Below are positions 20,395-34,021 of a DNA stretch of 64,000 nucleotides, one piece after another; position 1 is the stretch's first letter, and the number at the start of each line of letters is the position of its first letter. This DNA comes from Gammaproteobacteria bacterium (GTDB taxonomy: Bacteria > Pseudomonadota > Gammaproteobacteria > Steroidobacterales > Steroidobacteraceae). The position numbers and the translations under genes are program-made. Below the pieces are notes generated by a model, which did not search any database, had not been told where the DNA came from, and saw only the letters and a list, made by a program, of their open reading frames with translations. Where the stretch lies: positions 695 through 64,694 of the forward strand of contig JBBISV010000003.1 in NCBI GenBank assembly GCA_037441085.1. Reading direction: 5' to 3'.

Positions 20395-22570
20395 AACGCA
20401 GCGCCTCGATCGGATTGAGGCGCGAGGCCTTGCGCGCCGGATAATAGCCAAAAAAGATGCCGACTGCGGCGGCGAACGCGAATCCGCCGACGACGGCGCC
20501 GGGCGACAACAGCGCGGGCCAGTGCGCCACGGCCGAGACGATCGCGGACACCGCGATGCCGAACAGGATGCCGGCGATGCCGCCCGTGACGCTGACGAAC
20601 ACCGCTTCCGCGAGGAACTGCAACAACACCTGCAGCCGCCTCGCACCGATCGCCATGCGCAGTCCGATCTCCCGCGTCCGCTCGGTCACCGACACCAGCA
20701 GGATGTTCATGATGCCGATGCCGCCCACCAGCAGCGAAATCGACGCCACGACCGCGAGCAGCAGCGCCATGATCCGCGCCGATCCTTCCGCGGTCTGCGC
20801 GATCTGGCTCAGATTGCGCACGGAGAAGTCCGGCGTCGTGTCCGCGCCGATGCGGTGGCGGCGCATCAGCGTGTCGCGGATTTGCGTGATCGCCGCTGAG
20901 ACCCGGTCCTGGCTCACGGCCTGCACGAATATCACGTTCACGTAACCGACGAGGCGCGGCGGGATGTTGTAGGGGTTTGGCGGCCCCGGGAACGCGGATG
21001 CCGTCGTGTTCACCGACACGCTCGCGCCCGACACCGTGGTCGTCGCGGCGTTTTGCGCCTGGCTGGGCGCCGCCACGCCGAGCACTTTTTGCTGTGCGGT
21101 GCTGAAGGGGATCATCACCAGGTCATCCTGGTCCTGACCGAACGGCGTCTGCCCCTTCGAGGCCAGCAGGCCCACCACCCGCACGCTGCGCCCCTTGATC
21201 AGGATGCGGGCGCCTATCGGATTTTCGTACGGCCCGAACAACTGCCGATAGACGGTCTGACCGATCACCGCCACCATGGCCCCGCCGGTCTCGTCGGCGC
21301 GCTCCAGCGTACGGCCGGCGGCGATCTGCCAGTTGGTCATCGGCAGGTAGCTCGGCGTGACCCCTTGGACTCCGGTGGACCAGTTCTGGCCGCCGTACTG
21401 AACCTGGCTCGCCTGCCGGATCATGTAGGCGATCTGCTCGACCGCCGGATCCTCGCGGCGCAATGCCTGGGCGTCGGCGACCGTCAGCGTGGAGGCGCTG
21501 CCGGAGCCGGCGCGCGCGCCGCTGCTGGTCATCGCCCCCGGCATGACCACGAGCAGGTTCGTGCCCAGGCTCTCGATCTGCTTGCGCACGGCGGCGTTGG
21601 CCCCCTGCCCGACGGCGACCATCGCGATCAGCGCCGCGACGCCGATGAACACACCGAGCATCGTGAGCGCCGAGCGCATCTTGTTGCGGTTGATGGCCTG
21701 CGCGGCCGCGGTCAGGATCATCGCGGCGAAGCCGAGGGAACGCGACGATCGCGGCGCGGCCCCGGGTGCCGGCGGCGGCGCCGTCGGTGGTGCGGGCAGA
21801 TCCGCCGCCCCCGCCGTCCGCGGCGCGGCGCCCGCCGGCGTCCGCTCGGTGCCGGCCGGCGTCGCATTGCGTTCATCGGAGATGATCCTGCCGTCGCGCA
21901 TCGTGATCACACGATCGGCGTAATCGGCCACGTCGCGCTCATGCGTCACCAACAGGATGGTGACGGCCTGCCGCTCGTTGAGCGCGCGCAGAGTCTGCAT
22001 GATCTCGTGCGACGTGCGCGTGTCGAGATTGCCGGTGGGCTCGTCGGCCAGCAGCAGGCTCGGGCCGTTGATCAGCGCGCGCGCGATGGCGACCCGCTGC
22101 TGCTGGCCGCCCGACAGCTGGCCGGGGCTGTTCTCCTCGCGACCCGCCAGCCCCAGTCTGTGCAGCGCGTCCCGGGCGCGCGCCGCGCGTTCGGAACGCC
22201 GCGCGGGTCCCGATGCGGCGTAGAACAGCGGCAGCGCCACGTTTTCCAGCGCGCTCGTGCGCGCAAGCAGGTTGAAGCTCTGGAACACGAAGCCGATGCG
22301 CTCGCTGCGGATGCGCGCGAGTTCGGGCTCGCTCAACCCCATCGCGTCCACGCCTTCGAGGAGGAATCGGCCGCCCGTGGGCCGGTCGAGGCAGCCGCAA
22401 ACGTGCATCAGCGTCGATTTTCCCGAGCCCGACGAGCCCATGATGGCGACGAACTCGCCGCGCGCCACAGTCAGGTCCACACCGCCGAGCGCGTGCACCT
22501 CGGTACCGCCAACATGATAGGTGCGCACCACATCCCGCAGTTCGATCACCGGCGCGGTCATGGCATGCAC
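20387..22570 (-). CDS. macB: MacB-type ABC transporter, fused ATPase and FtsX-like permease
   Basis: 727 aa with Walker [10 protein letters not shown], signature [15 protein letters not shown] and Walker [14 protein letters not shown] Pro/Ala-rich linker follows, then a 4-TM permease with a large periplasmic domain. Confidence 0.9.
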   Translation of the reverse strand: MHAMTAPVIELRDVVRTYHVGGTEVHALGGVDLTVARGEFVAIMGSSGSGKSTLMHVCGCLDRPTGGRFLLEGVDAMGLSEPELARIRSERIGFVFQSFNLLARTSALENVALPLFYAASGPARRSERAARARDALHRLGLAGREENSPGQLSGGQQQRVAIARALINGPSLLLADEPTGNLDTRTSHEIMQTLRALNERQAVTILLVTHERDVADYADRVITMRDGRIISDERNATPAGTERTPAGAAPRTAGAADLPAPPTAPPPAPGAAPRSSRSLGFAAMILTAAAQAINRNKMRSALTMLGVFIGVAALIAMVAVGQGANAAVRKQIESLGTNLLVVMPGAMTSSGARAGSGSASTLTVADAQALRREDPAVEQIAYMIRQASQVQYGGQNWSTGVQGVTPSYLPMTNWQIAAGRTLERADETGGAMVAVIGQTVYRQLFGPYENPIGARILIKGRSVRVVGLLASKGQTPFGQDQDDLVMIPFSTAQQKVLGVAAPSQAQNAATTTVSGASVSVNTTASAFPGPPNPYNIPPRLVGYVNVIFVQAVSQDRVSAAITQIRDTLMRRHRIGADTTPDFSVRNLSQIAQTAEGSARIMALLLAVVASISLLVGGIGIMNILLVSVTERTREIGLRMAIGARRLQVLLQFLAEAVFVSVTGGIAGILFGIAVSAIVSAVAHWPALLSPGAVVGGFAFAAAVGIFFGYYPARKASRLNPIEALRYE

Positions 22571-22579
22571 CCCACCTCG

Positions 22580-23833
22580 TTACAGACCGAAGCGCACCGG
22601 CGCGCCCGCCTTGGCGTCCGCGCGCGTGCCCGCGGGCCGTTCGCCGACGATCACCTGGTCACCCGCCCCAAGGCCGCCCGCAAGGACTTCCGTATAGGTG
22701 TCGTCGTCGAGGCCGGTCTTGATCGCGAGGCCGGCCGGTCGTCCGTCGCGCAGCACCCAGACCCGCGCCACCCCGTCCCCGGCGGGGCGCGCCGGGCCGA
22801 GGCCGCTCGGTGCGAAGCGCAGCGCCTGGTCCGGCACCCGCAGCACACCGTCGCGCTGCGCCGTGACGATGCCGACGGTCGCCGTCATGCCGGGCTTGAG
22901 CAGCAGCGCCTTGTTGTCGACGCCGACGACCACGTCGTAGGTCACGACATTCTGAACCGCCTGGGGTGCCTGACGAACCTGCGCGACGCGGCCGGCGAAT
23001 CGCTGGTTCGGAAACGCCTCGACTGTGAAGCTCGCCCCATCGCCGTCGCCGACCGCCGCGATGTCGCTCTCGTTGACGTTGGCGTCGACCTGCATGCGCG
23101 TCAGGTCGGTGGCGATGAGAAACAGCGTCGGTGTCTGGAAGCTGGCGGCGACCGTCTGGCCGATGGTCACGTTGCGCGACACCACGGTGCCGTCGACCGG
23201 CGAGACGATGTTGGTGTAGCCGAGATTGACCCGCGCGGCCTCGAGGGACGCCTCGCGCTCCCGCACCAGGGCCTGATCGAGCCGGACCTGGGCGGCCGCC
23301 TGGTCGAGGGCGCTCTTCGCCAGATCGACCGTGTCCTGGGAAACCACCCCGCGACCGAGCAGTCCCGACACGCGCGGGTAGTTCAGCGCCGCGTAATCGA
23401 GGCCGGCCTGATCCTTGACGAGTTGCGCGCGCGCCGTGCCGAGCTGCGCCTGGTTCTCGTCGACGATCGTCTGGTACGGGCGGGGGTCGATCTTGGCGCA
23501 CAACTGGCCCTTGCGGACTCTCGTGTTGTAGTCGCAGTACTGGGCCTGGATGACGCCGGATACGTAGGTGCCGACGATGATGGTCAGCACCGGGTTGACC
23601 GTGCCCGTGGCGCCGACCGTGCGCGCGACCGTGCCGCGGGTGACCGGCGCCAGCACGTATTGGACCTCTCCGGTGGAGCGGCCGGCCCACCAGGCGACCC
23701 CCGCAAGCACGACCAGCGCGAGCGCGGCGAGCGCGATGATCCCGCGCTTGCGCGCAAAGCCGCGCTGGCGCCCACGGCTCCGTGGCGTGCGTCGGGTGCC
23801 GCCATCACGGCTCCCGCCATTCCGGCGTTGCAT
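22580..23833 (-). CDS. macA: MacA-like periplasmic adaptor (HlyD/MFP family)
   Basis: 417 aa from ATG 23833 (MQRRNGGSRDGG...), with an N-terminal TM anchor IIALAALALVVLAGVAWW, a coiled-coil hairpin and lipoyl/beta-barrel domains. It lies 9 nt upstream of macB. Confidence 0.85.
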   Translation of the reverse strand: MQRRNGGSRDGGTRRTPRSRGRQRGFARKRGIIALAALALVVLAGVAWWAGRSTGEVQYVLAPVTRGTVARTVGATGTVNPVLTIIVGTYVSGVIQAQYCDYNTRVRKGQLCAKIDPRPYQTIVDENQAQLGTARAQLVKDQAGLDYAALNYPRVSGLLGRGVVSQDTVDLAKSALDQAAAQVRLDQALVREREASLEAARVNLGYTNIVSPVDGTVVSRNVTIGQTVAASFQTPTLFLIATDLTRMQVDANVNESDIAAVGDGDGASFTVEAFPNQRFAGRVAQVRQAPQAVQNVVTYDVVVGVDNKALLLKPGMTATVGIVTAQRDGVLRVPDQALRFAPSGLGPARPAGDGVARVWVLRDGRPAGLAIKTGLDDDTYTEVLAGGLGAGDQVIVGERPAGTRADAKAGAPVRFGL

Positions 23834-23868
23834 GCGAACCCCCGATTCGAAAAGCCGCGGGAGTTCGT

Positions 23869-23910
23869 TTATACGCAAGGCCCATGGAGCGCACCAGCCG
23901 CACTTATACG
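23869..23910. repeat. bipartite TTATACG ... CATGGA ... TTATACG element (second copy; first copy at 3419-3464)
   Basis: TTATACG occurs at 23869 and 23904 with CATGGA between them, in the 102-bp gap upstream of macA. The same arrangement lies upstream of the AraC gene at 3419/3458. The 11-mer TTATACGTAGC is shared exactly by both sites. Confidence 0.3.
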
Positions 23911-23935
23911 TAGCGAGCACGCGCCGGGCGCAGCG

Positions 23936-27096
<3,161 letters not shown>

Positions 27097-27100
<4 letters not shown>

Positions 27101-28524
27101 CGGCCGTCCCGCGGCGGCAACGCCAGGAGAGTCGCCAGCACCGCCCGGGCCTTTTGCACCGATGCGCGCAAATCGATGAGTTCCGCGTCGACCGCGACCG
27201 CACCGGCATCGAGGCGCGCGTAGTCGGCCAGCGTCTCCGTGCCCGCCGCGAGATCCCGCCCCGCCGCCGCCGCGGCGCGCGCCAAGCCGGCACGACGCGC
27301 ATCGAGGGTCGCGACCTGGCGCTGCATGATGCGCAGCGCGCTCCATACCTCGTCCGCCTGGCCTGCGCTCTCGTCGAGGCGTGCCTGATAGGAGCGATAT
27401 AGATACGCGCGGCTCGCGCGCGCGATCGCGATCCGGCCCCGATTGCGATTGAATATCGGCAACGTCAGGCTCACGTCGAAACCGGTGCTTTGGATGCCCT
27501 CTTCGGCGCTGCGCGCCTTGTTCACGCCGACGCCGAGCACCGGAAACTGCGCGATGATCTCTGCGCGCAACCGCTCCTCGGCGCTGCGATACCCGGCGCG
27601 AAGCGCCAGCAGGTCCGGCCGGCGGCGCGGCAATTGCGCGAGCGCGGCCTGGTAACCGGCCGCGTCGATTTCAGGCTCGTCGGCCCCGTCTCGCAAGCGC
27701 AGTCGCACCGTGGGGGCGAGCCCGAGCAGCGCGTCCAGCGCATGCCGATTGTTGCTCTGTCGCAGTTCGAATGCGCGCCAGACCGTCTCCGCCGAATTCC
27801 AGGCCAACAGGTCCGCCGACACCTGGCGGGCGGTCAAGTCGTGCCGTGTCAGCGCCTGCGCATCGTGACGGTATAGTCTCCCCAGGCTCCGGCGCCGCGC
27901 GTCGAGCAGCGGTCGCAGCTTCTCGAGCGCCTCGGCCTCGATGTAGAGCTCGCGCGCGCTGGCGGCAACTTGCCATTCCTGCCAGAGGATGTCGAGATGA
28001 ACCTGCCGCGCGTGGGCCTTGGCCGCGCCGCGCGCCGCGGCGCGGGTCACCACGGCCGCCAGATCCTCCGTGACCGCGGCACTGTATCCTGTAAAGAGCG
28101 CGGACTTCGAGAGTCCGCCCGAGATCACCGGATCCGGCAGAAGCCCGGCCGCGAACGACTGCGCGTCCGCCACGCCCGCGCCTCGGCGCGCGGCCACGAG
28201 CTGCGGATTGGCAAGTACCGCGAGCGTCACGACATTGGTCTCGGAGAGGCCTTTGGCCGCGTCGAAAGGCTCCGGTTTCAAGCCCGGCAGGCCCAGGTCG
28301 GCCGCGGGCACGACGATCGCGGGCGCCGGCGCGAGATCCGGGCTCCACGGCAGGGGCTTCGGTCGATAGAGCGCGCAACCGGCAAGCGCCGTCGCGCCAA
28401 CGACCGCCAGCCATCCGCCCACACGCCGGGCGGCGCTCAACGCCGCTGCTCCCGCGATAACTGTCGGTGTCGCCAATGCAGATACAGCGCCGGAATCAGG
28501 TTGGTGCTGCGCACCGCGCTCCAA
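27097..28524 (-). CDS. outer membrane efflux protein (TolC/OMF family)
   Basis: OEP repeats and a lipobox-like LAGCAL. The start is uncertain. The listed start 28524 overlaps the RND gene by 88 nt. GTG 28422 (VGGWLAVVGATALAGC), 14 nt after the RND stop, is the more likely start. Confidence 0.8.
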
Positions 28525-31505
28525 ACCAGGCCGCCGAGGATCACGACCGCCAACCCCTGCTCGGGCGCCGCACCCTGGCCGAAGCCGACCGCCGTGGGCA
28601 ACATCCCCAGGATCGCGGTCAACGCGGTCAGTAGGATAGGGCGGAACCGCACCTGAATCGCTTCACGCACCGCCTCATCGAGAGGCAAGCCGGCGGCCTC
28701 GTTCTGCTTCGCCCGATCCAGCAGCACGATGCTGTGACGCAATCCAATACCAATCAGCGTCAAGAAACCGATGATGCCGGTGGCATTGAGACCCACTCCG
28801 CTCAGGACCAGCGCGATCGCGCCGCCGGTGACCGCGAGCGGAATCTCGAGCAGCAGGATGCCCGGCACGAGCAGCCCGTCGAATTGCAGCACGAGAATGC
28901 CGACCATCAGCAAGAACGCGGCGAGCGCCGCGACGCCGAGACCCAAGGCCGCACGCTCGAGCTCCGCATACAAGCCGCCGAACGCGTAACGGTAGCCGGG
29001 CGGCAGCTTCAGGCCGACCAGTGCCTGGCGCGCCGCGGCCACGGTGCCGCCGAGTGTGCCGCTCGGTGTCGCGAGGATGTCGAGCGCGCGGGCGCCCGCG
29101 ATATGCCGGATCTGGTTCGGCGATTCGACCAGGTCGAGACGCGCGAGCGTCCCGAGCGGCGTCCAGCCGTACGTGCGGATGGGAAGAGCCGCCAACTCCG
29201 GCATCGACAGCTGCTGGGCGTCCGCGAGGCGCAGGTAAAGGTCGAGCGGCACGTTGCCGCGCGGCACCTGTGCGAGAACTTCGCCGTTCAACAGGGGATC
29301 GACCTGCGCGTAAAGCTGTGCCGGGGACAGCCCGTAGGCAGCGAGCGCCTGCGCACGCGGCTCGAGCTGCAGCTGGGTCACCGGGTAACCATCATTGTTG
29401 AACAGATCTGAAAGCGCCGGGATGCGGCGCAAGCGCCCGGCGATCCGCTTGGCGAGGGCGCGCAGTTCGGTCACGCGGCTGCCGAAAACGTGGATCACGA
29501 ACGGCTGCGGCAGACCCGACAAACTCTCGCCGAGCCGTTCGATGGTCGGAGTATCCACCGCGAGCTGCACGGCGGGAAGCTTCGACTCCGCCTGAATCCG
29601 ACGACCCATGTCATCGAGTGCGTTCACACCGACGCCGCTCTTGAGGCCGACCATGACCTCCCCGGCATAGGCAGGTTCGGTGTAAGTCGTGCTCGCCGAG
29701 GAACCGATGCGCGCATAAACATGGGCGACCGCGGGATCGCGCAGCAGCCGCCGGGTGATCGAGGCAGAGGCTGAACGTGCGTCGAGCAGCGAACTGCCGG
29801 GCGGCAGCGTAAATGACTCGAGCAGGACCCCCTCATTGGGCAGCGGCAGGAAATCGATCGGCACCAGCACGAGCGCAACGAGGCTCACGGCGAGCACGCC
29901 GAAGGTGATCGCGAGCGACAGGCGCGGTCGCCGCGACACGAGCGCGAACAGTCGTTCGTTCCCATGGCGCACCCATTCGAGCGCGCGCGGCCCACCCCCG
30001 GCACCGGCGCCGGCGCTGCTGCGCGCGCCAATGGCCCCCAAGCCGAGCGGAATGAAGGTGAGCGACACCAGCAGCGAGGCCAGCAGCGCAAACGTCATCG
30101 CGACGGAGAATGGAGTGAAGAAAAGCCCGACGAGTCCGCCGACGAACAGCAGCGGCACATAGATCGATACGTTCGTCAGCGTCCCCGTGAGGTCCGGGAT
30201 GACGATGTCCTTCACGCCGCGCCAGATCCCCTCCCAGTGCCCATCTCCCTGTTCCCAGCGGTGATAAATGCTCTCCAATACGATGATCGCGTCATCCGCG
30301 AGCAGCCCCACCGCGACGGTAAGCGCGCCGAGCGTCATCAGATTCAGGTCCTGACCGGCGAAATACAACGCCGCTATCGCGAGCGCGAGAGACAAGGGAA
30401 TGCTGCAGACAAGAACCCAAATTCCCCGGCCGGCGCCCAGCACCCAGAACAGCACCGCCGCGGCGAGCGCCATGCCGATCAGCAGATTTCGACCCAGGTC
30501 CATGCCCACGAGATGCACGATGCGTCCCTGATCGTAGATGCGGATCCATCGCACGCCCGCCGGCAACTGACCGAGCGATTCATCGAGCGTCGCCCGAACC
30601 GCCCTCGTCACCGGCCCGGTCGCGGTTCCGGGCTGCTTGATGACGGTGAGGGCGACGCTCGGACGTCCGTCCAGTGATACGGCGCTGTGCGTCGGCAGCG
30701 GCGCGCGGACCACCCGCGCCAGATCGCGCAACGGAATCGGCCCGTGCGGTCCGGGCACCGGAATCGCCTCGACCTGCGCGACATGCACCGGCAGGCTGCG
30801 CGCTTCGATGAGGACGTCGTTGTGTCCCTGGATCGTGTAGCCTGAGGGCCCGAGCACGACTTGGTCCTTGACCGCCTGGACGATCGCCCCGACCGCGATC
30901 CCATAGCGGCGCAACGCGCCGAGATCCGGCTGGATCCACAGCGCCTCGTCGCCGACGCCGTAGACGTTGACGAACTGCACTCCGGACAGCGCCCGCAGCG
31001 CCGGCGCCACGTCGGCGTTGATGGCGCGCTCGACTTCGGCCGGCGCGACCCCCGCGGGAATTTGCACGGTGTAATCGGCCACCTCGTTGATGGCATTGCC
31101 CATGATCTGCGCGAGCGGCTGCGCCGCACCGGGCAACTCCCCGCGCGCACGATCGATTGCGCCATTGACGGCCTGTAGATCGAGCGCCGTCGCGGTGCCC
31201 TCGCGAAAGCGCACGTCGATTTCGACGACGCCTCCACCCATCACCGAACGCACGCTCGCGAGGTCCGGCAGTGCGAGGAGTTGGCCCTCCAGCGGATAGA
31301 CGACGAGGTTCTCGAGTTCGCCGGCGGTGGCGCCGGGCAGATGCACGACCACGCCGATCTGCGGGAAGTTGAATTGCGGCAGCACCTCCACGGAAATATG
31401 GAGGAACGCATACACGGCGGCACCGCCGAGCGCGGCAAGCACCAGCGCCCAAAGAGCCGGACGCATCAGAATCCGTCGTGACCCGGGGTCCGTGCCGATG
31501 GCCAT
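28437..31505 (-). CDS. RND efflux transporter permease (AcrB/CzcA superfamily)
   Basis: 1022 aa with 12-TM, two-large-loop architecture. The N-terminus LPQFNFPQIGVVV is typical. TM4 reads GLLADDAIIVLES, so the Asp-Asp pair is conserved but the usual VEN is replaced by LES. Confidence 0.9.
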   Translation of the reverse strand: MAIGTDPGSRRILMRPALWALVLAALGGAAVYAFLHISVEVLPQFNFPQIGVVVHLPGATAGELENLVVYPLEGQLLALPDLASVRSVMGGGVVEIDVRFREGTATALDLQAVNGAIDRARGELPGAAQPLAQIMGNAINEVADYTVQIPAGVAPAEVERAINADVAPALRALSGVQFVNVYGVGDEALWIQPDLGALRRYGIAVGAIVQAVKDQVVLGPSGYTIQGHNDVLIEARSLPVHVAQVEAIPVPGPHGPIPLRDLARVVRAPLPTHSAVSLDGRPSVALTVIKQPGTATGPVTRAVRATLDESLGQLPAGVRWIRIYDQGRIVHLVGMDLGRNLLIGMALAAAVLFWVLGAGRGIWVLVCSIPLSLALAIAALYFAGQDLNLMTLGALTVAVGLLADDAIIVLESIYHRWEQGDGHWEGIWRGVKDIVIPDLTGTLTNVSIYVPLLFVGGLVGLFFTPFSVAMTFALLASLLVSLTFIPLGLGAIGARSSAGAGAGGGPRALEWVRHGNERLFALVSRRPRLSLAITFGVLAVSLVALVLVPIDFLPLPNEGVLLESFTLPPGSSLLDARSASASITRRLLRDPAVAHVYARIGSSASTTYTEPAYAGEVMVGLKSGVGVNALDDMGRRIQAESKLPAVQLAVDTPTIERLGESLSGLPQPFVIHVFGSRVTELRALAKRIAGRLRRIPALSDLFNNDGYPVTQLQLEPRAQALAAYGLSPAQLYAQVDPLLNGEVLAQVPRGNVPLDLYLRLADAQQLSMPELAALPIRTYGWTPLGTLARLDLVESPNQIRHIAGARALDILATPSGTLGGTVAAARQALVGLKLPPGYRYAFGGLYAELERAALGLGVAALAAFLLMVGILVLQFDGLLVPGILLLEIPLAVTGGAIALVLSGVGLNATGIIGFLTLIGIGLRHSIVLLDRAKQNEAAGLPLDEAVREAIQVRFRPILLTALTAILGMLPTAVGFGQGAAPEQGLAVVILGGLVWSAVRSTNLIPALYLHWRHRQLSREQRR

Positions 31506-31508
31506 GAC

Positions 31509-32618
31509 TCAGTCTGGCGGCGTGTAGTGCGCCGCAATCCCACGGTGAAACTCCAGGTAGGCGTTCTCGGCGACAACCCGCTGACCCGGGCTCAATCCGC
31601 GCTCGATGAAGGTGTACCACCCTCGCGCCGGACCCGGAACTACCACCTGTCGGCTCACACCCGCGGGGCCGGCCACGAGGACGAACCAGTGCGCATGATC
31701 GAGTATCAGCGCCGCGGTGGGCACCGCGACCAAGGAGCGCGTTCCCGCGTCGAGCACCACGGTTCCTCGCTCGCCGTCGAGCCACCGTCGTGACGGCGCC
31801 GCATCGCCGCCGTTGCGATCCGCCGGCGCCAAGCCGATCGACTCGGCGCCGTCCGCGGCGAGCGTCGCGGATACGGTGACCACCCGCACCGCCACGGCAC
31901 CGGCGCCGGATGCCGGCCGGAACCGCCCCTCCATGCCGACGCGAACGGCGGCCGCATCGGCACCGTAATAGTCCGCCCGCAGCCACAGACGATCGTCCGC
32001 CTGCAGCGTGAAAATCGATTGCCCCGCCGTGACGCGCTCGCCGTCGGCCGCGGTCACCGCAAGCACCCGCCCTGCGGCGGGAGCGCGCAGGTCGCGCAGA
32101 CTACGAGCCGCGCGCAGGCCGGCGACGGCGGAATCCAAGTCGGCCTGCGCCGTCGCCAGCGCGCTTTGCGCGGAGGCTTCGGACTGACGCGTCGCGAGAT
32201 CGAGCGCCAGCTGGCGGCGCTCCGCGCCGAGCAAACTTTGGGCGGCCGCGACGCGCGCCTGCGCGCCGTCGACGGCGGCCCGGCGACCGGCCAGCAGCGC
32301 GTCGATCTGCGGTCCGCCGAGGCGCGCGAGGACCTGGCCGGCGACGACGGGGGAACCCGGCAGGACGCGCAGCGTGGTGACCATGCCGTCCTCCGCCGCG
32401 CGCACGCGCAAGGCGGCGATCGGCTGAACCTGACCATAGGCGGACAGATGCAGCGTCACCGGTCGCGACCGCACGATCACGGTACCGGCATCCGACGCCG
32501 CCGACGCCGACGTGCCCGCGCCTCCAACATCGGATGTGCCGCAGGCCGCAAGACCCAGGCACGCGAGCACAACCGCGGCCGCCGCCCCCCAGTTGCCGCC
32601 CGAGGGCCGCTTCATCAC
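31509..32618 (-). CDS. RND efflux periplasmic adaptor subunit (MFP), lipoprotein
   Basis: 369 aa with lipobox LACLGLAACG, a coiled-coil (AQARVAAAQSLLGAERRQLALDLATRQ) and beta-barrel regions. The start (GTG 32618 or ATG 32615) overlaps the M56 gene stop. Its stop lies 3 nt before the RND start. Confidence 0.85.
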   Translation of the reverse strand: MMKRPSGGNWGAAAAVVLACLGLAACGTSDVGGAGTSASAASDAGTVIVRSRPVTLHLSAYGQVQPIAALRVRAAEDGMVTTLRVLPGSPVVAGQVLARLGGPQIDALLAGRRAAVDGAQARVAAAQSLLGAERRQLALDLATRQSEASAQSALATAQADLDSAVAGLRAARSLRDLRAPAAGRVLAVTAADGERVTAGQSIFTLQADDRLWLRADYYGADAAAVRVGMEGRFRPASGAGAVAVRVVTVSATLAADGAESIGLAPADRNGGDAAPSRRWLDGERGTVVLDAGTRSLVAVPTAALILDHAHWFVLVAGPAGVSRQVVVPGPARGWYTFIERGLSPGQRVVAENAYLEFHRGIAAHYTPPD

Positions 32619-33499
32619 GATGACGTCAGCGCCAAAATGGGTTGCACCAGGCGTTCGCCAAACGCGGCGCCGAGCAGCAGTGCGGTCGCGAGCAACGGAA
32701 TCAGCAACAAGGCGGCGCGCTGCAGACGTCCCACGCGGCTCGAGCCTGCCGCGTCCGCCATCGGCAGCGGCGCAAGCAGGCGCGAGATCCGGGTCTTGAG
32801 CGCGTGAGCCGACCGGTCATTGTGAAGACAGGCTCGCGGCTGCAGGGACGGCGTGCGCGGATTCCCAAGGAATCGAATCGATGCCACGATCGCCGCCGCG
32901 AGTTCCTCACCGTCGGCGCCGGCCGCGCGCGCCTCGTCGTCGCGCGCCAATTCGAGCGCCTCGAGCCACAACGCGAGCCGCCTGTCGGCTTGGGGCCAAG
33001 GCCACTGCAGGTCGGTGATCAGTTGCGCGAGCCAGATGCGCAGCGGGTCGCGGTGGCGCGCATGCGCCCGTTCGTGCATCAGCGCCGCGCGAATGGCGCC
33101 ATCGTCGAGTTGTTTGGCGAGCATCGGCGGGAAAACCACCAGTGGCTGGAAGAGGCCGACGGTCGAGATGCCCGATTCGCCCGGAACCCGCAACAACGAC
33201 CAGACGGCCCGCAACGCGGCGCGCAGGAACACGACGATGAACGGTGTCGCTACAGCGAGCACCACCCACCGATCGAGCGGATCCGGCACCGGATCCGGCT
33301 CGCGGAACGCCCAGCCCACCAGCCAGGTGGCCACGACCAGCGTCGGCACGACCGGATACCACAGTCGCAGCCAGTGGAACCGCTCGAGATCGTGCACGGT
33401 CTCGCCGCGTCGGCCGGCCCACGGCCAGGACGCGAAGAGTTGTAACAACAGTCCGCCGAACAGCATGATCAGCAGCGACAGCAGCGATTCACGTTCCAC
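32615..33499 (-). CDS. M56 family metallopeptidase (BlaR1/MecR1-like signal transducer lacking a penicillin-binding sensor domain)
   Basis: 294 aa and multi-TM. The HExxH motif is in the family-typical context ALMHERAHARHRDPL. The GTG start overlaps the blaI-like stop by 11 nt. Confidence 0.8.
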   Translation of the reverse strand: MERESLLSLLIMLFGGLLLQLFASWPWAGRRGETVHDLERFHWLRLWYPVVPTLVVATWLVGWAFREPDPVPDPLDRWVVLAVATPFIVVFLRAALRAVWSLLRVPGESGISTVGLFQPLVVFPPMLAKQLDDGAIRAALMHERAHARHRDPLRIWLAQLITDLQWPWPQADRRLALWLEALELARDDEARAAGADGEELAAAIVASIRFLGNPRTPSLQPRACLHNDRSAHALKTRISRLLAPLPMADAAGSSRVGRLQRAALLLIPLLATALLLGAAFGERLVQPILALTSS

Positions 33500-33884
33500 G
33501 TTTGGACCTCCTGCGGGCGGCCACCGCGCGTTCGATTTCCTCGAGCAGCGCGGGATTCAGCGCATCGACCGCCTCGACGAGGGCGGCCACCGCGGCGCGC
33601 GGCGCGGCGCCAAACAGGCGGGCAACGGCGCTGCGGGCGCGCGCACGCTCGACTTCGTCAGCGTCGGCGCGTGCCCGGTAGATGAATGCCTGACCCTGAC
33701 GCTCGCGCTGGATCAAGCCCTTCTCGCGCAGCCGGTCCACGACCTTGGCCGTGGTCGTGTACACGAGATTCTGCGGAGCACCGAGGCGCTCATGCAAATC
33801 GCGCACCGACGCCGATCCGAGACGCCAGATCTCGGCGAGCACCGCATACTCGAGATCGTCGGCCGGGAGTCGAAATCGCGTCAT
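33489..33884 (-). CDS. BlaI/MecI/CopY family transcriptional repressor
   Basis: 131 aa with a winged helix (EYAVLAEIWRLGSASVRDLHERLGAPQNLVYTTTAKVVDRLREKGLIQRER) and a C-terminal dimerisation helix region. Confidence 0.85.
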   Translation of the reverse strand: MTRFRLPADDLEYAVLAEIWRLGSASVRDLHERLGAPQNLVYTTTAKVVDRLREKGLIQRERQGQAFIYRARADADEVERARARSAVARLFGAAPRAAVAALVEAVDALNPALLEEIERAVAARRRSKRGT

Positions 33885-33894
33885 CGGTCAACTA

Positions 33895-33910
33895 TACGAC
33901 GCCCGTCGTA
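33895..33910. promoter_or_regulatory. candidate BlaI-family operator, TACGAC-GCCC-GTCGTA
   Basis: Perfect 6+6 inverted repeat with a 4-bp spacer, 11 nt upstream of the repressor start codon. It lies in the 137-bp divergent region shared with the 34022 gene. Confidence 0.4.
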
Positions 33911-34021
33911 GTCGCGCAAACCCGCGGGTTTCGATGCTGGATAAGTAGCATTCCTGATCGCGGCCTCGCGTCGATGGCGGTACAAAGGGCCGAACTTCAT
34001 TGGTCACCGGGTATGTACGTC

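Noticed and set aside
28437-33884. Annotating the RND operon as czc/cus heavy-metal resistance because of the CopY-family repressor
   Set aside because: The repressor lacks an obvious C-terminal CxCxxxxCxC metal site. The pump TM4 motif is not HME-like, and the ATPase lacks CPC or metal-binding domains. The substrate is left open.
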